Origin: Antedon mediterranea | Lineage: Eukaryota > Animalia > Echinodermata | NCBI RefSeq assembly: GCF_964355755.1 | Contig: NC_092675.1 | Location: forward strand, 18,448,912 to 18,512,911 | DNA: 64,000 bases | Direction: 5' to 3' | Shown: piece after piece, positions 13,501-26,160 of the stretch | Layout: each line of letters begins with the position of its first letter | How positions within the stretch are numbered: the first letter of the stretch is position 1 | Notes under the pieces: model-generated | What the model was told of the DNA's origin: nothing | Database searches by the model: none | Seen by the model: only the letters and a program-made list of their open reading frames with translations | Program-made: the position numbers and the translations under genes

Positions 13501-16500
13501 TGGCGCCATTGTGAGCCATGGAGTAGGGCGCTTGCATCAAATTAGAAAGTCAAAATCATAGAGGGGATCTGCTAATACTCTAGGGGGGGGGGGGAAGGGT
13601 GGGTATGGTAGAGTAATTGACTTTCTAGTTTGGAGGGGGCGCTGCTCCATGCTGTGAAATGGCGTCGCCCAGTTTGACCTTTTAACCCTGTAGGCCTACT
13701 TCTGATACTGTGTTTTGAATGCAAATTGAAGAACAGGAGATTCTTGTGTTATAAGTTCTTTGATTAAACTGAATTACTCACAAAGTTTGCCATATGTCGA
13801 GGAACAATTTCATGGAAAACAGTCACAGTGGAATTGTCACTTACAACAGGTCGGACTATTGGGTTGTATTTCGGACTCCTGGTTTCAAACAACTCATTGA
13901 CAAGTGCATACGGGTTACTAAAAACCGACCCTGTAAAACAAATAACTAACAAGTTAATAATAACTTCATGTTACGTTTCATTGACACTGTATGCACAATT
14001 CCGTATTTATTAGACGCAAGGAGAATATAAAATGTATTATAATATGCGATTCAACATTCAGTGGTTAATGAGAGAGGACATCCGTTTGTTTAAAACAATA
14101 GAGTATACATTTTACTAGCAAATGTAACAGAGGAATCACAAAACTGTATCTATTTTTAGAAGTGCAGTATTAAAGTTTTGAAAAATCCAGTGCTTATAAA
14201 TTATGTAAACACTACTGAATAGTACCAACGGCGCTTTTCAAAAAAGAGCGCATGAAATGTCAAGGTAATATTTAAAAAACACGAAATATAAGTTATCTAA
14301 TGGGCACCGATGAATTCTTTCAATCGGCGTTTTTAAATGTCGTATTCAAATGTGAGGAATGAACGTATGGGTTTAGATTTGACAAATACATATAGGCCAA
14401 CTCCAAAAGTCAATGGATCAGCCTATATCAAGTGAAGGTATTAAGTTATAATTACAATGTTGTGTTATTCATATTGTATGAAATATCACAGACTTCAATC
14501 ATTTACACGTGGAAGATAACCATAATTAATTGAATGTTATATTATATTATATAAGAACAACCTATGAAATACCATAAATAAACTGTTATCTATCATAAAT
14601 ATCGATACATTAAAGCATATTTAAATATAGTAATAATTATATAGTCAATTTGATAAATTCAGCATTCCAAATCTTATTATTACCCTTTTAAAATGCACTA
14701 TTAATCACTATTAATTAAAGTGAGTGAGTGGCCGAGCGGTTAAGACAGTGGAACCGTAATCACGTAGCCATAACATCGGCAGGGGTTCGAGGCTCACTCA
14801 CTCCATGGTTCTGGTGGTAGAACGAGTCTTCTCGGATAAGGACTATAAACCGTAGCCCCAGTGTGCACTTTAAAGAACCTAGTAGGCCTACATCTTTCGA
14901 GACGAGTAGGGGGTTACCCTGGTGTATTAGTACATCACAGCCACTGATCACCAACTGGGCCCCTCTGGGAGACCAGTCCTTGACTGAAGAGGTTACCCAG
15001 TATAAATATAAATTTCAAATTTCAAATTTATTAATCCAAATTATGAATATTAATATTAGAAATATGAAATGCCATGAATGACGTTCTACGGGTATGCCGT
15101 TTGGTTGAATCTTTTCTTAAGTCAACACACAAAGTTATTCATTTCTAAGTGGCTCATTGTAAAGTAAAGTACATTCATCGATATACCTCCTGGTGAAATG
15201 AATAATTATTAATTAATCAATAAATAAACTGATAAATAAATGAATCAGCTGGTTGTGTCGAATTGCTCAGTTGGTATTCAGTTAAGTGGAGCCTATACAG
15301 CCAGTAGGTTTCTACAAGAGAGTGTATACTATAGTTACAACGATATATATGGAATCAAGAATGTATTCACCTGAAAATGCTAAATGATTGAAAAGAGAAT
15401 CAACATAACAACACATTAAATTCCAATGAATTACACATAATTATACGAACATTGATTTAACTACGGCTTATGTGGTTATGGAGGATGTGAAAGATACATT
15501 TCTGATGTTTTCTTTTTTTTTAAAGTTGGTACTATTTGGAATATAAACACCATTTTACGATGATTGTTATTTTGAATAATAGTTAATTTTAGAAGAATAA
15601 CCGTACTACTGTAGGTTTTGAATACATTCAACTTGTAAATTACAAATATAAAAAAACGATTAAAACAAGTAAACAAATGTTTAAAATTGAGTTTTACAGT
15701 TTCGGTATTCTAGCTCATATATTTCAATAACAAACAGAAACATCTTTGACAAACATTAGAAAGTCAAGCATTATTAAATTACTGTTATTGTTAAAGATGC
15801 TTTAAATTAATTGATTAATTAAGGGTTATTAACTAACAGGTCAAATGAATCATATATTGAATGGAGATCAAAATCGATACATTCAATGCTTCGATCAATA
15901 TTTTACTAAATGCGTTGTGCTCTACTAAGTGTATTGGGTTGTATATCCGGGAGTTGGTTATCACCTCAAGTAAATTGTTCGTTTGAACCAATGTTTAATT
16001 GTAAACGATAGGTATATCTACTTCCATATTTTAATGTGCGAATGGCAGACGAGAATTATTGATGTTGCATGAGTATTATGTTTATGAATGGATCAATAGT
16101 ACCGTATTCTATTACAGAAGTTACTCAAATTACATGAAAATATTAAGGTTAATTAGTTAATACAATTTTCCCAAGTGAATGTGTTAACGTAACACGCCTT
16201 CACTTTCGTAGCAATGTTTCGAGAAAAAAAAGAAGATAAATTGTCGATTGTGAGTCGATTGCTTTTCCATTTAACATTACATATCAGAGCTGGGGCCTAA
16301 TCTAGGATACATGTGTGTCAAATACTCTAGTTACTTATATACCATACATTTGTGCATGTTGGCAATGATACAAAATGGATCCGATTCGTGTACGTTATAA
16401 TCTAGCGATAATCACCAGTAGTTTCGTGTCGGCTGACGACAAAAACGCTGACAGTACACCGTACGATAATCGGCCTAGAAAAGTGGACACCTTCCCACTC

Positions 16501-19500
16501 AAATAGTTTATCTTTGATTATTTCTAGATAATCATATGTATAATTAATACGTTGAATTGAAAGTAACAATTAATTTATATTATAAGCAAGCAATCGTTAA
16601 AATATAAATATTTATCAAAATCACACACGACTAATTTTATTCAGAATATTTTTAAATTATTTCATTTTGATAACAATGGTTGGTTGGTTGGTTGGTTCGT
16701 TCGTTCGTTTTTATTTCACAATGCATCAAACTTACTATTATACAGATTAATTCAAAGTATTAAAAAAAAGATGCAACGCCTGGAAAAGACCAAATAAGCT
16801 CAATATAGAGCTAAATACAAAATAATTAAACTGGTTATGTTGGTTAAGTTATGTTCAATAATATGGAGCTGTCGATTTGCTTTCGACACAACTAGGAGTG
16901 ATAAGTTAATGTGTCGTCGATTGTCGCCTGGGTGGACCTGAACCACCAAAACTGGGCCAAGGAATCAAGGAGCGTTGCGATTTCCCCGCATGCGCACAAT
17001 AAATTGATACGAAATAACTTGTTCTCAAGTACGGACGGTGGTCACACATCGAAAGCTCCATAATGCGTCAGTCTCAACAAAGAATGTACTAAGTTCAATG
17101 AATGTTAAACATGTGATTAGTTTAGAAAGAATCATTAGGAGGTAAAAATGAACTGAACCCAATATAAATAAATAATGTAAATAAATACAGGCTTGTGAAC
17201 AGAATATCAAAATTATTCTATACTTGTAATATTTTAATTAATTTTAATATATATTTATATTTTATTCACCGTAATAAATGTAACAATTCATTTTAATTAT
17301 GTCAATATTAATAACGAAAGAGCAGGTTGGCTTCATTTAATCAAGTCATACAATATGACAGTCAATAAATCTTTTATTAATACACTTTCATATTACACTC
17401 TCATAATGAAATAGACGAAACCAACAAATATTATATTAATTTAATTCTTCTTATTTTGTATTAGGCCTATACACATTAATAATCATTAGAAGCAATTGTT
17501 TTCATAAATCTGATAATATTACGTTCTATTGGTCGAAAAATGAAAGAAAAGGAAAATGAATAGGCCTAATATAAGGACGTTATTATGAGGTGAAGAAATG
17601 AGCTCCAAATTTTACCCAGGGAAAGTGGAATTATAAATTTGTTTAAAAATGGGACAATTTGTTTCAGGTGGCATAAAACAGACGGTTTGGAAGGTAGTAC
17701 GGTACCTTTTCAAAGAAAGCTAAGAATTTCTGAGGCCTATGTGGTCCATAATAGGCTTACATTTAATCATGTTTTATATTGCATACAGGTTTTCAGTAAA
17801 ATTATGTCTCTTTACATATTTATGATACTAATACAAAGAGATACGTTTACATGGGATACACGAGATTGTTGCAGTTTAAACTGTTTTTATAAATACTCCC
17901 ATAACGTCAATAAGGTTCATTCGAGCTTAAAATAATTAATTTAACCTAAACATTGTCTAAATATTCCTCGAGACCAAATCAATTAATTTATTCAATTTGT
18001 ACTTTGTAATTAACATTTATTTTTGTTTAATTATAATAAATTATTTAAAGAACTGTATTTTGTTTTATGATATTAGAAAAAATAGACTACGTCGAAATAA
18101 CATAAGCGATAGGAAATACCTTTTCGGTCAATGTATTTCACAACTAAATCATGTTGACGTCGACATGAAATATATACCTATGTTTGTATACGTTACGGAA
18201 GGAAATGTGTGATTGAATATAAAATGAGAAAATCATTTGTTATCGTATACTTTTAATAAACGAAGGTTAAAATAATGTCATAACATAGTTATTTATTTAT
18301 TTGATTAGAAACATGAATAAATTTTAGGATTAAAATACTATAATTAACATAAAAAGGTAATTAAGCTGTGAAATCTAAGTGATAAAGATCATGATCTATT
18401 TTGGTTCACAGGAATTGTATATGACGCAGTTTTCCTTCTGATTGAGAAGTGTTGTGAGCTTTCTTGCTTCCACGTGCTTTTAATCTAGTTAGTAAAAATC
18501 ATTCGTGTTTACCTAAGTTAATTTATACCTTACAGAAATAGGGCTTACTCTATCTAGGTATGGGAAATTTAACACCGGTTAAAACTGAATATTAAGATCA
18601 ATACCATTAAATGTGTCGTGTGTGGCTATATTAGTCCTGTGTGTAGCAATATGTGAAGTGATGCAAGTTGATTATCATTGAATTTTAAAATGGGTTTGCA
18701 GAAACTACCGTTTCCAAGTGGATCAGAACGATTTGTAAAGCAAATATTGCTAAAGGCTTAACCATTTACTAGGGACCATTACTCGTGGCAACATTACCGT
18801 AATGGTGGTCCGAAGGCGACACACATTAAATGGACTTTTTATGAAAGGAAATGTTTAATATTTCTCAATTGAATAAGATAATAATAATGATACATAATTC
18901 TAAGACGTGAAAGTCCTGACGCTCATAAGTGTTAAGATATTATTACTTCGATACGCCTACCGTGATATGATACATTTCTTAGTAGTGCATATCTGTTTAC
19001 ATGTAATAAATATACGAGGGAATAGACACTATTTTATTCAAATTTTGTGGATATTGCATTACTATTTTATTTTCATTAAAAAAAATACAGTAAATTAAAA
19101 ATTTGGAGAAATCAGATTATTCTCTGTCTTCACCCAAAGGCCAGGCAGATCACTAAAAGAAAATCATTGCTGTCGAGTGCTTCTACAGGCTGCCTAGTTG
19201 CATATCGATGGAGTATGCCAAATAAGCTGGGCCTATACAACTAACATTCAGATATAAACAAAATAATATTCACTCATTGTCAGTCAAAGCCAGCTCTAAC
19301 TAAATAGATAAAATGTGTTTAATAAAATGATTCTATTAAATTGACTTATAGTACTAGATTGCTTAGTGGATTTCTTTAAATTTTTCTCAATAATAGGCTA
19401 CTAAGCCAATTTAGTAAACATCAGTGGCAAGGGAAAGATAACATCCAAAGACCAATATGAATTTACTTGTTTATTACAATAATACTGATTAGTTAAGTTG

Positions 19501-21205
19501 CAGTGACGTCACATCTTGTTTACCAAAAGATGGTTTAATAGATTGGTTTCAGATTAATTAAGTAAACTCTAATATTTTTTATTAAGTAGGCGTCTAATCA
19601 CAGAGAAGTACAGTATGAAATTATTTTGATTTTAGACATTGTAGACAGATCATACGAAAGAAATAATATAGTAATAGTAAATGCAATGATTGCTAATAAA
19701 ATTACAAAATATGAACGATTGTGCATTAATTTATTTTTATATAAAGAAAGATGTTTGCTAAAGTAAGTTGTATTTGTGACTGATTAACTGCTCTACAAGC
19801 CTAGCATGAATACTGTATCCGAGATTGCGCCAGAAGGAAATGATTTGGTCACGATATAATATACCACATATTAATGTCCCAAAGAGACTCACTTGCATCA
19901 ATCATGGCACTGGTCTACAAGCTTCATCAAGCAGATGATTAATTAAAAATAGTAATAATAATTTAATTATCGAATTATTATCAACCTAGAATCATACAGG
20001 TATGTCAAGTGAACATGCTGAACATAATACGTACATATTACGCTTACGTATATTTAATATTGTTATTAAGATACAAGTGTCTCTATTGTTGACGTGATGT
20101 ACTATTACAACATACTCCTATGTAAAATGTAATTCCGAAATAAACATTAGATTCAAAATTAGTGTTTTAGTAAAATGATTTTTTTATACAATGCATTCCG
20201 TATACAATGTTAATCGCCATTTCCACAGGCGATATAATAGTTATAAATTGTGTCAATTTATTCATTAATAAAAAAAAAAATAATGATATAATGTCGGCGA
20301 ACACTTAATGGACTTGCAATAAATATAGGCTTATGGAATATGTAGCTAAAAACGTTCACTATAGTAAATCACCCATCTATACGAGGTAAAACATTGTTCA
20401 ACTTTAAAATCAAAATGCAATAAAATCCTGATAAAACTACTCAAATGATTTACTAAAATAATTGTGTTAGTAGTCAAGAAAGAATTTGACCTGTTTAATA
20501 ACGTTAGTTACTTTAAAATCATTAAGTATTTCTACGTAACTTATTATAGGTCGAATACACTTTTTGTAAAAGCTAAACATTCTAAAATAAAGACAGAATT
20601 TATTTGAATGTTTTAGAAAAGCTGTAAAATGTGTTTTTGAGATCGACTACACATTGTCTGTGGTATCCCAAAATGTGATTTGACCATTTCATTGGTCCTA
20701 CGGAATATGATATGTTTATGACGGGGGTGCGGATGAGGATAGAGGGATGGGCGGGCATATCCTAATAATAAGTAATAAAGCCCATGAATAATACTGTAAT
20801 TTGTCAAATGTGTAGGCCTAAATTTAGGGTAAGTCTATATTTACTATAACATAGGAAGAATAAGAGGCAACTATTCGATGAGGGACTTTCATTTCCGATT
20901 GGTATTGTAATAATTAAAACTAAATGTCATAATACTAATAATATCTAACAGCAAATTATTAATTGCAAGTTGTAAGTGTAAGTTATATAAGCAAGTCGGA
21001 TTTTAATCCACACCGTGCTTATTTATTCAGTCTGACTGCATATATTTTATTCTTAAATAGAATTTGTTTTAATTCATCTAATTAAAAAACCAATTACACA
21101 AAGTAAACCAATATTACATTATTACATAATTTGAATACAATCTTATAACTTACCATATGAATGAAACAATACAACTATGTACACCATCCACAGTTCCTCC
21201 ATCAT
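4026..21205 (-). CDS. Nicotinic acetylcholine receptor alpha subunit (alpha7/9/10-like), whole gene span; join(complement 21154..21205, 13782..13930, 6554..6598, 6120..6229, 5380..5915, 4026..4585), 483 aa
   Basis: All introns are GT-AG with consistent phases and the CDS totals 1452 nt. Motifs: signal peptide, YNPIVRPV, loop A WRPDIVLYN, Cys-loop CKVDLTFYPFDTQSC, loop B FGSW, vicinal cysteines YSCCPNKY (alpha type), M1-M2 linker PDSGEK (cation-selective), and EWKDGAAIVDR preceding M4. Confidence 0.93.
5380..5915 (-). CDS. nAChR coding exon 5 (Cys-loop, loops B and C, M1, M2)
   Basis: Lies within ORF 5345..5932; tttcag acceptor, gtaagt donor. Confidence 0.95.
6120..6229 (-). CDS. nAChR coding exon 4 (SWKDEFLTWDP...WRPDIVLYN)
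   Basis: 110-nt exon typical of nAChR genes, contains loop A. Confidence 0.92.
6554..6598 (-). CDS. nAChR coding exon 3 (DEVKQQVTIVAWLRQ, loop D Trp)
   Basis: 45-nt exon typical of nAChR genes, AG/GT flanks. Confidence 0.9.
8691..8790. repeat. 20-bp tandem repeat (GATGTAAGATAATCCAGTAA) x5
   Basis: Directly visible. Confidence 0.9.
13413..13762. mobile_element. Foldback MITE with perfect 32-bp terminal inverted repeats
   Basis: caaagaacttataacacaagaatctcctgttc and its exact reverse complement at 13731..13762. Inner arms are also inverted (tagaaagtcaa/ttgactttcta). Confidence 0.85.
13782..13930 (-). CDS. nAChR coding exon 2 (N-terminal helix, YNPIVRPV)
   Basis: ttttacag acceptor, gtgagt donor, conserved Y-x4-RPV motif. 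Confidence 0.9.
14720..15030 (+). mobile_element. tRNA-derived SINE with Deu/Nin-like central domain
   Basis: A box TGGCCGAGCGG, B box GGTTCGAGGC, core tcttctcggataaggactataaaccg...ctttaaagaacc...gagtagggg..ccctggtgt resembling DeuSINE/Nin cores, (aaatttc)n tail. Further copies at 41658 and 46090. Confidence 0.85.
21154..21205 (-). CDS. nAChR coding exon 1 (signal peptide MMEELWMVYIVVLFHSYG)
   Basis: Acceptor ttttctctacag before 21221, donor gtaagt after 21154. Ends in phase 1 as exon 2 requires and encodes a hydrophobic core. Confidence 0.75.
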
Positions 21206-24200
21206 AGAAAGTATTCGCAATCTGTAGAGAAAAACACAACTGTAAGCACGCGACTTACATTATTACCGTTTAAAAGTGGTAGATATTATACATTCATGAA
21301 CGTGTATTTATTCCTGGAATTGTTATTCAAGACTCTTCATTTAGGTATTAAACAATCGCCGAGAGCAAAATACAGAGCATGAAATATTAATATAATAGGA
21401 TAAATTGATAATCTGTTTTGTAAAATAAAAAGGGTATAGTAATTCCATGTATTGCGCACATGCCCTGTCATTTCAAACGCATTTCAATTTAGATAATGAA
21501 TGACACGGCAACCACGCATGTTTACTAAAGTACACACGCTACGATAACTTCACATGAGTGTAATTACGCGTAAACTAATGGTATTCCATGCGCAAGAAAC
21601 ATACGACATAAATGTCATAGGTGTCATTGGAAGATGGGGGTGGTTGTTATAATGTAAATCGATAATGGAGCAAAATATTTCCCTGATGAATGGTCAATAC
21701 AGCTTTTAGTAAGTTTATGTTTATGATAATTACACAAATTAAGACTAAATTAAAGAGTACACTTAGTGTGGATTGGTAGCTGGTAAGAGGGGATGAGAGG
21801 GGAATGGTGGTATACAGTCACATATGTTTAGGCTTAGTCTGTTCAGTGAACGTATACACCGACTTACATAATAGGCCTATACGAATCATGATAATCAATG
21901 TAGAAAAAACATGTATATGCTGCACTCATATGCATCGCACGCCTGGAGCATTCTTTCCAAAACACAGTAATTCTAAAAAGAATTCTCAATGCAGATTTGA
22001 TACAACCAGAACATTGTTAATGAATATAGGCCTAACTTAATTGCATGCATTTAATTATAAACGGAGAGTACCAAAAAGTGCATTGAAAATAAATATTATT
22101 ATTAAAATATTTTAAATTTACAATGCAATACAGTGGGATTATACTTGAGGTTACTTTGCTGGTTATTTTGCTGGTATGCATAACAATCATCTGTACTTAT
22201 ACTAAATACACAGGTGATTATTGAACACAATGGCAATTAAATATGATGTGAACACGCCCTTGAAAGTTGTCGGTACTCAATGATCTCAGTTCCAAGCATG
22301 TTGTTCAGAAATATCAAAGAATAATACAAGGAAGCAAAGGAGTCTGTTTTTGTTTGGTGGATGGTTGGGGAGGGTGATAGATAAGAAGTAGTCGGGACAG
22401 GGGTTGGTAGGTTGTTAAACAGTACGTGAGGAGTGAGGATTATTAACCCATGGTTTACTAGTTATTACTTAAGTACCTACATTCACAAATAATGTCAACA
22501 CAATCTGGTTGGTGTGGATGGTAGGAGTGGGAGAGAGCAAAGCTGGCTAGTTAGGACGATTACCTTATTGCCCGCTCATAAGTTATAAGCCTACCGTACC
22601 TACATACCTACCCACAATTACCTAATGTTGCGGTAAACATATGCTTTTACCATATTGAGCCAAACTTCATTTGCCTAAAAATGAACTATTGGAAGTTTAC
22701 TATACTGTAGTATCAATTTGAACAATCTTAACATATTTTATGTAAATACGCATAACTATATCCTCGGCATAAACCTAAAGTGATCTTGGAATTATGGTGT
22801 TACCGTAACGTCACCCGTTATTTTACAGTATTATCCGAACATTAAGCCAGATTTTCTTTTCAATATAAAAACCAACATACTAACCTCAAATATAAATGTA
22901 GCTATCACTTCAATTGAATAGTGAAACTGTGATGGTATTTTTCAATCAGGTGGCTTTGGTCGCCCAGACTCACATCGTCACGGGCTAAAAGTATTCATTA
23001 ATATCCAATTTATTCTGCGGGAGTTTAGACAATTCTAAAGCACTCTCTTTTTTCTCTTCTGAAACACTCGATGACCGACATAATAAAACACGTGTTCAAG
23101 TCAAGATTCTCGACTGTTTTTATGAAATGTCTCGGTAGGCGCTATTAGACCAATACAGCTTATCGATTGCCTGCTCATCTGTCTCCTAATCACCTACAAT
23201 ACCTACGGTATTTCATAACGGGCTCGTGGCGTCACAGGGCGCATAGCGTGTGCGTTAGAAATTCATCCAAGCTAACAGAGCACTTAGTACTTAAACACAT
23301 GTAACCAATGTCGTTTTTACAATGCATATACGTGCTAACAAGAAGCACTTAACATTAAATTTTCTCCAGAGAAAAGTTATCCATCATTACAAATGATGAA
23401 CATCCGACCAAGATTGCCATCTATCAGTGTACTGGTTTAAAGGGATATGAATTTGCATGCAGAGAACATACATAAAACCGTCTACTGTTATTCTGAATAT
23501 TTTCTACCTAAATTCATACGTTTTATGCCGCGAGTTAAAAATCGCCGCCGACATTCGTTTAATTATTCACTCGGCCAACTTGTTGATGGATATATAACGG
23601 TACCGTTTCTATGATTAGCTATAATGTAGATAAGAACGTTAAATCGTTGATTTCATTCTGCAACAAATCCAATACATTAATATAAAACATGCAGAATGGT
23701 TCAATAACTCATTATAGAACAAATACTTAAAACAATTCATTTCTCAAAGAAAGATGAAAACATCACTTTCGAAGTATAATTACACTGCAGTAGAAATTTA
23801 ACATCGGCTTCTATGTTAATTTATATAGTGTTAGTGTTAGTTCTTACTGTAGGCCTACCTAACATTAAATGACTCGTGTCCGGAAATAGCAAGTGGACAT
23901 TGAGAGCACCTTTAGCGAATATAGGCCTATCATTTTTAAAGTTATAAGTATATATGCCTATATTTTCATATTGATTTCTTTTCAGGGCAGTTCCTCGACA
24001 ACTTGTTGCTTGTTCTCTATCCTATTGCGCATAACTTACAAGTTTGTAAGTCGGTCGCAGAATGTTGTTATTTCTCCATTCTAAGTGAAGAAATCAGATG
24101 TCAATTGCATGCACAGAACCTAGTGTGGTATTTCCAAGGGACGAGACAACAGAACTGTGATGCTATGCAACTCACAGTGTTAACGTTTTCCACAGGAAGA

Positions 24201-25254
24201 GTAAAATTGATATTGGAAAACAATATTTTATTTATTTAATGGGTTTTTACGTTGTCAGTTCGTTACATACACACTGTTTTCATAACAGGTGAATATTTCA
24301 CGGTTGTGTTTGTAATTAAAACGGTAAATGCATGAATATTAACATTCTTCTCGGCAATCGAACAGCGTTACAAATTTAAGAAGTACAAACCAAGTGTGAA
24401 ATGATGACACAGACGTAACCCATAGTTCACGATCAATGTTTTATAATTATTAATTATCTGATTGTTTGTCTCAGAATAGTGTTGGTATTAATTTGTTTTT
24501 GCGGAAATTGGTAACGTTCAATACCGATCGTTTGTCATTGTTCTTACTATGCATGTTCGCTGGGCTGTATAAATATATACTTAAATGCTTTCATGAACTT
24601 AACGATTAACAAAAAAAATGTCATATCAACTCTAAAATCATTCTCAGATCACATATTTTAAGCCAAAACTACGGAATGTATAAGATTGTGTGTATGTTAC
24701 CTTACAAACAACAATGTTTATTTAACGCCATAATATCTCGAATAGAAAATCTATTGTGCATGTTTATAGGTTATATAAGATTATAATAGACGGGTATTAC
24801 CAGGAATATATTACACAGCTTAGAAACTATTAACCGTGGCCTGATAATCTAAATTTATTCTGTAATTCAGCTTAGGAAGATAAATATGGCAAATTCTAAA
24901 AATTGGAAATATTAATTTGCCATAATAAATCAATCTGATAGCTGGAAAAATGATTGTAATCACAACGATGAGTATTAAATGGCAGAATATAATTACAACC
25001 GTAGCCTCATTTAAAGGATAGATTCTAACCAATTTTAGGTTCATGAAATATGAAAACGGTAAAACTAATACCAGATCCATAATTAAAATTGCATAATACT
25101 CAACTCTACATCTATTATCCTGTATATACAACTTTAAATATGCACCTGATAAACATGGGATGTACCTACAACTAAAAACCTTTCCTATTTAATAAACCTT
25201 TTCAAATACATTCATTGAACGATTCCTATTAGGCCTATTATTATTATTAAAGAT

Positions 25255-25400
25255 TAGTTTCCACGTGGAAGCAACGCAAACAACGTAGGCGCAACGCAAG
25301 TGAGTTGACCAATCACACGCGGCAGTTTATATGATCCATCGCGTTGTGATTGGTCAAGTGCTTGCGGGCCGCTTACGTCTTTGCGTTTCATCCAAGGCTT
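25255..25400. mobile_element. Degraded PIF/Harbinger-type MITE
   Basis: Internal palindrome (gcaagtgagttgaccaatcaca / tgtgattggtcaagtgcttgc); related to 44067..44333 and about 59660..59762. Confidence 0.6.
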
Positions 25401-25476
25401 ACTCACTTTATTTTTATATCCTTTGGTTCCTAATGCTTCTACTCGTTACATTCTAAAACATCCATCTAAACGGAAA

Positions 25477-25544
25477 TAGTATACATAGCGAGATAGTATA
25501 CATACAGAGATAGTATACATACAGAGATAGTATACATATGGAGA
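25477..25544. repeat. 17-bp tandem repeat (ATAGTATACATACAGAG) x4
   Basis: Directly visible. Confidence 0.85.
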
Positions 25545-25948
25545 TTACCACATGGTTATAAAATGCCTAATTTGCATATTTAGTTTATTTTCTAATTAAT
25601 AAAACTGGAAATAGTAGTGTAAATAAAACGTGTACATATACGAGAATCAAATTACAAACTGGTTAAAAACCGTCTTAGAATATTTGTATTATTGATTTAA
25701 AATCACTCCAGTTTATCATAAAAAAAATGAAGTTATTTTTCCAGTATTTAATAAAATGTGGGTTGCTTTTACATTAAAATATTTTATATATGAATCATTG
25801 CTAATATTACAATCAACAAGATGTGGAAATTACTTTGTGTTAGTATTATTAAGTGCAATACAAATGTGATTCCTGAGGTTAAATGCAAGATTTAGTGGCT
25901 GATAAAAGTACATACAAGCTGAACAAGGAAAACAAATACTAAGAAGGG

Positions 25949-26160
25949 TTATTCAATATCCATCGTTTCATTGAACTTTGACATGACCTCATCAAGAGCT
26001 TTCTGGGAAGAGCTGACGACCTCTTTGTAGACATTAATCTTCTTCTGAGCTTCAACAACTTCTTTATCTCTGCTGTTCAGCTTATCTTTAACTTGACTTA
26101 AGTCAGTTGTCATCGTCTTGACAGCCTCTTCACTAGTTGTTACAGTATTCTTCAATGTGG
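25949..26160 (-). CDS. CCAR1: CCAR1 coding exon 19 (coiled coil, stop)
   Basis: ttcacttag acceptor; heptad-like sequence; TAA at 25949-25951. Confidence 0.85.

Noticed and set aside
14720-14810. Functional tRNA gene
   Set aside because: The tRNA-like head continues into a SINE body present in several diverged copies, and no clean anticodon arm is visible.
15371-15416. Alternative first coding exon for the nAChR (MCCYVDSLFNHLAFS)
   Set aside because: Phase fits but it is not signal-peptide-like; 21154..21205 has better splice sites and a hydrophobic core.
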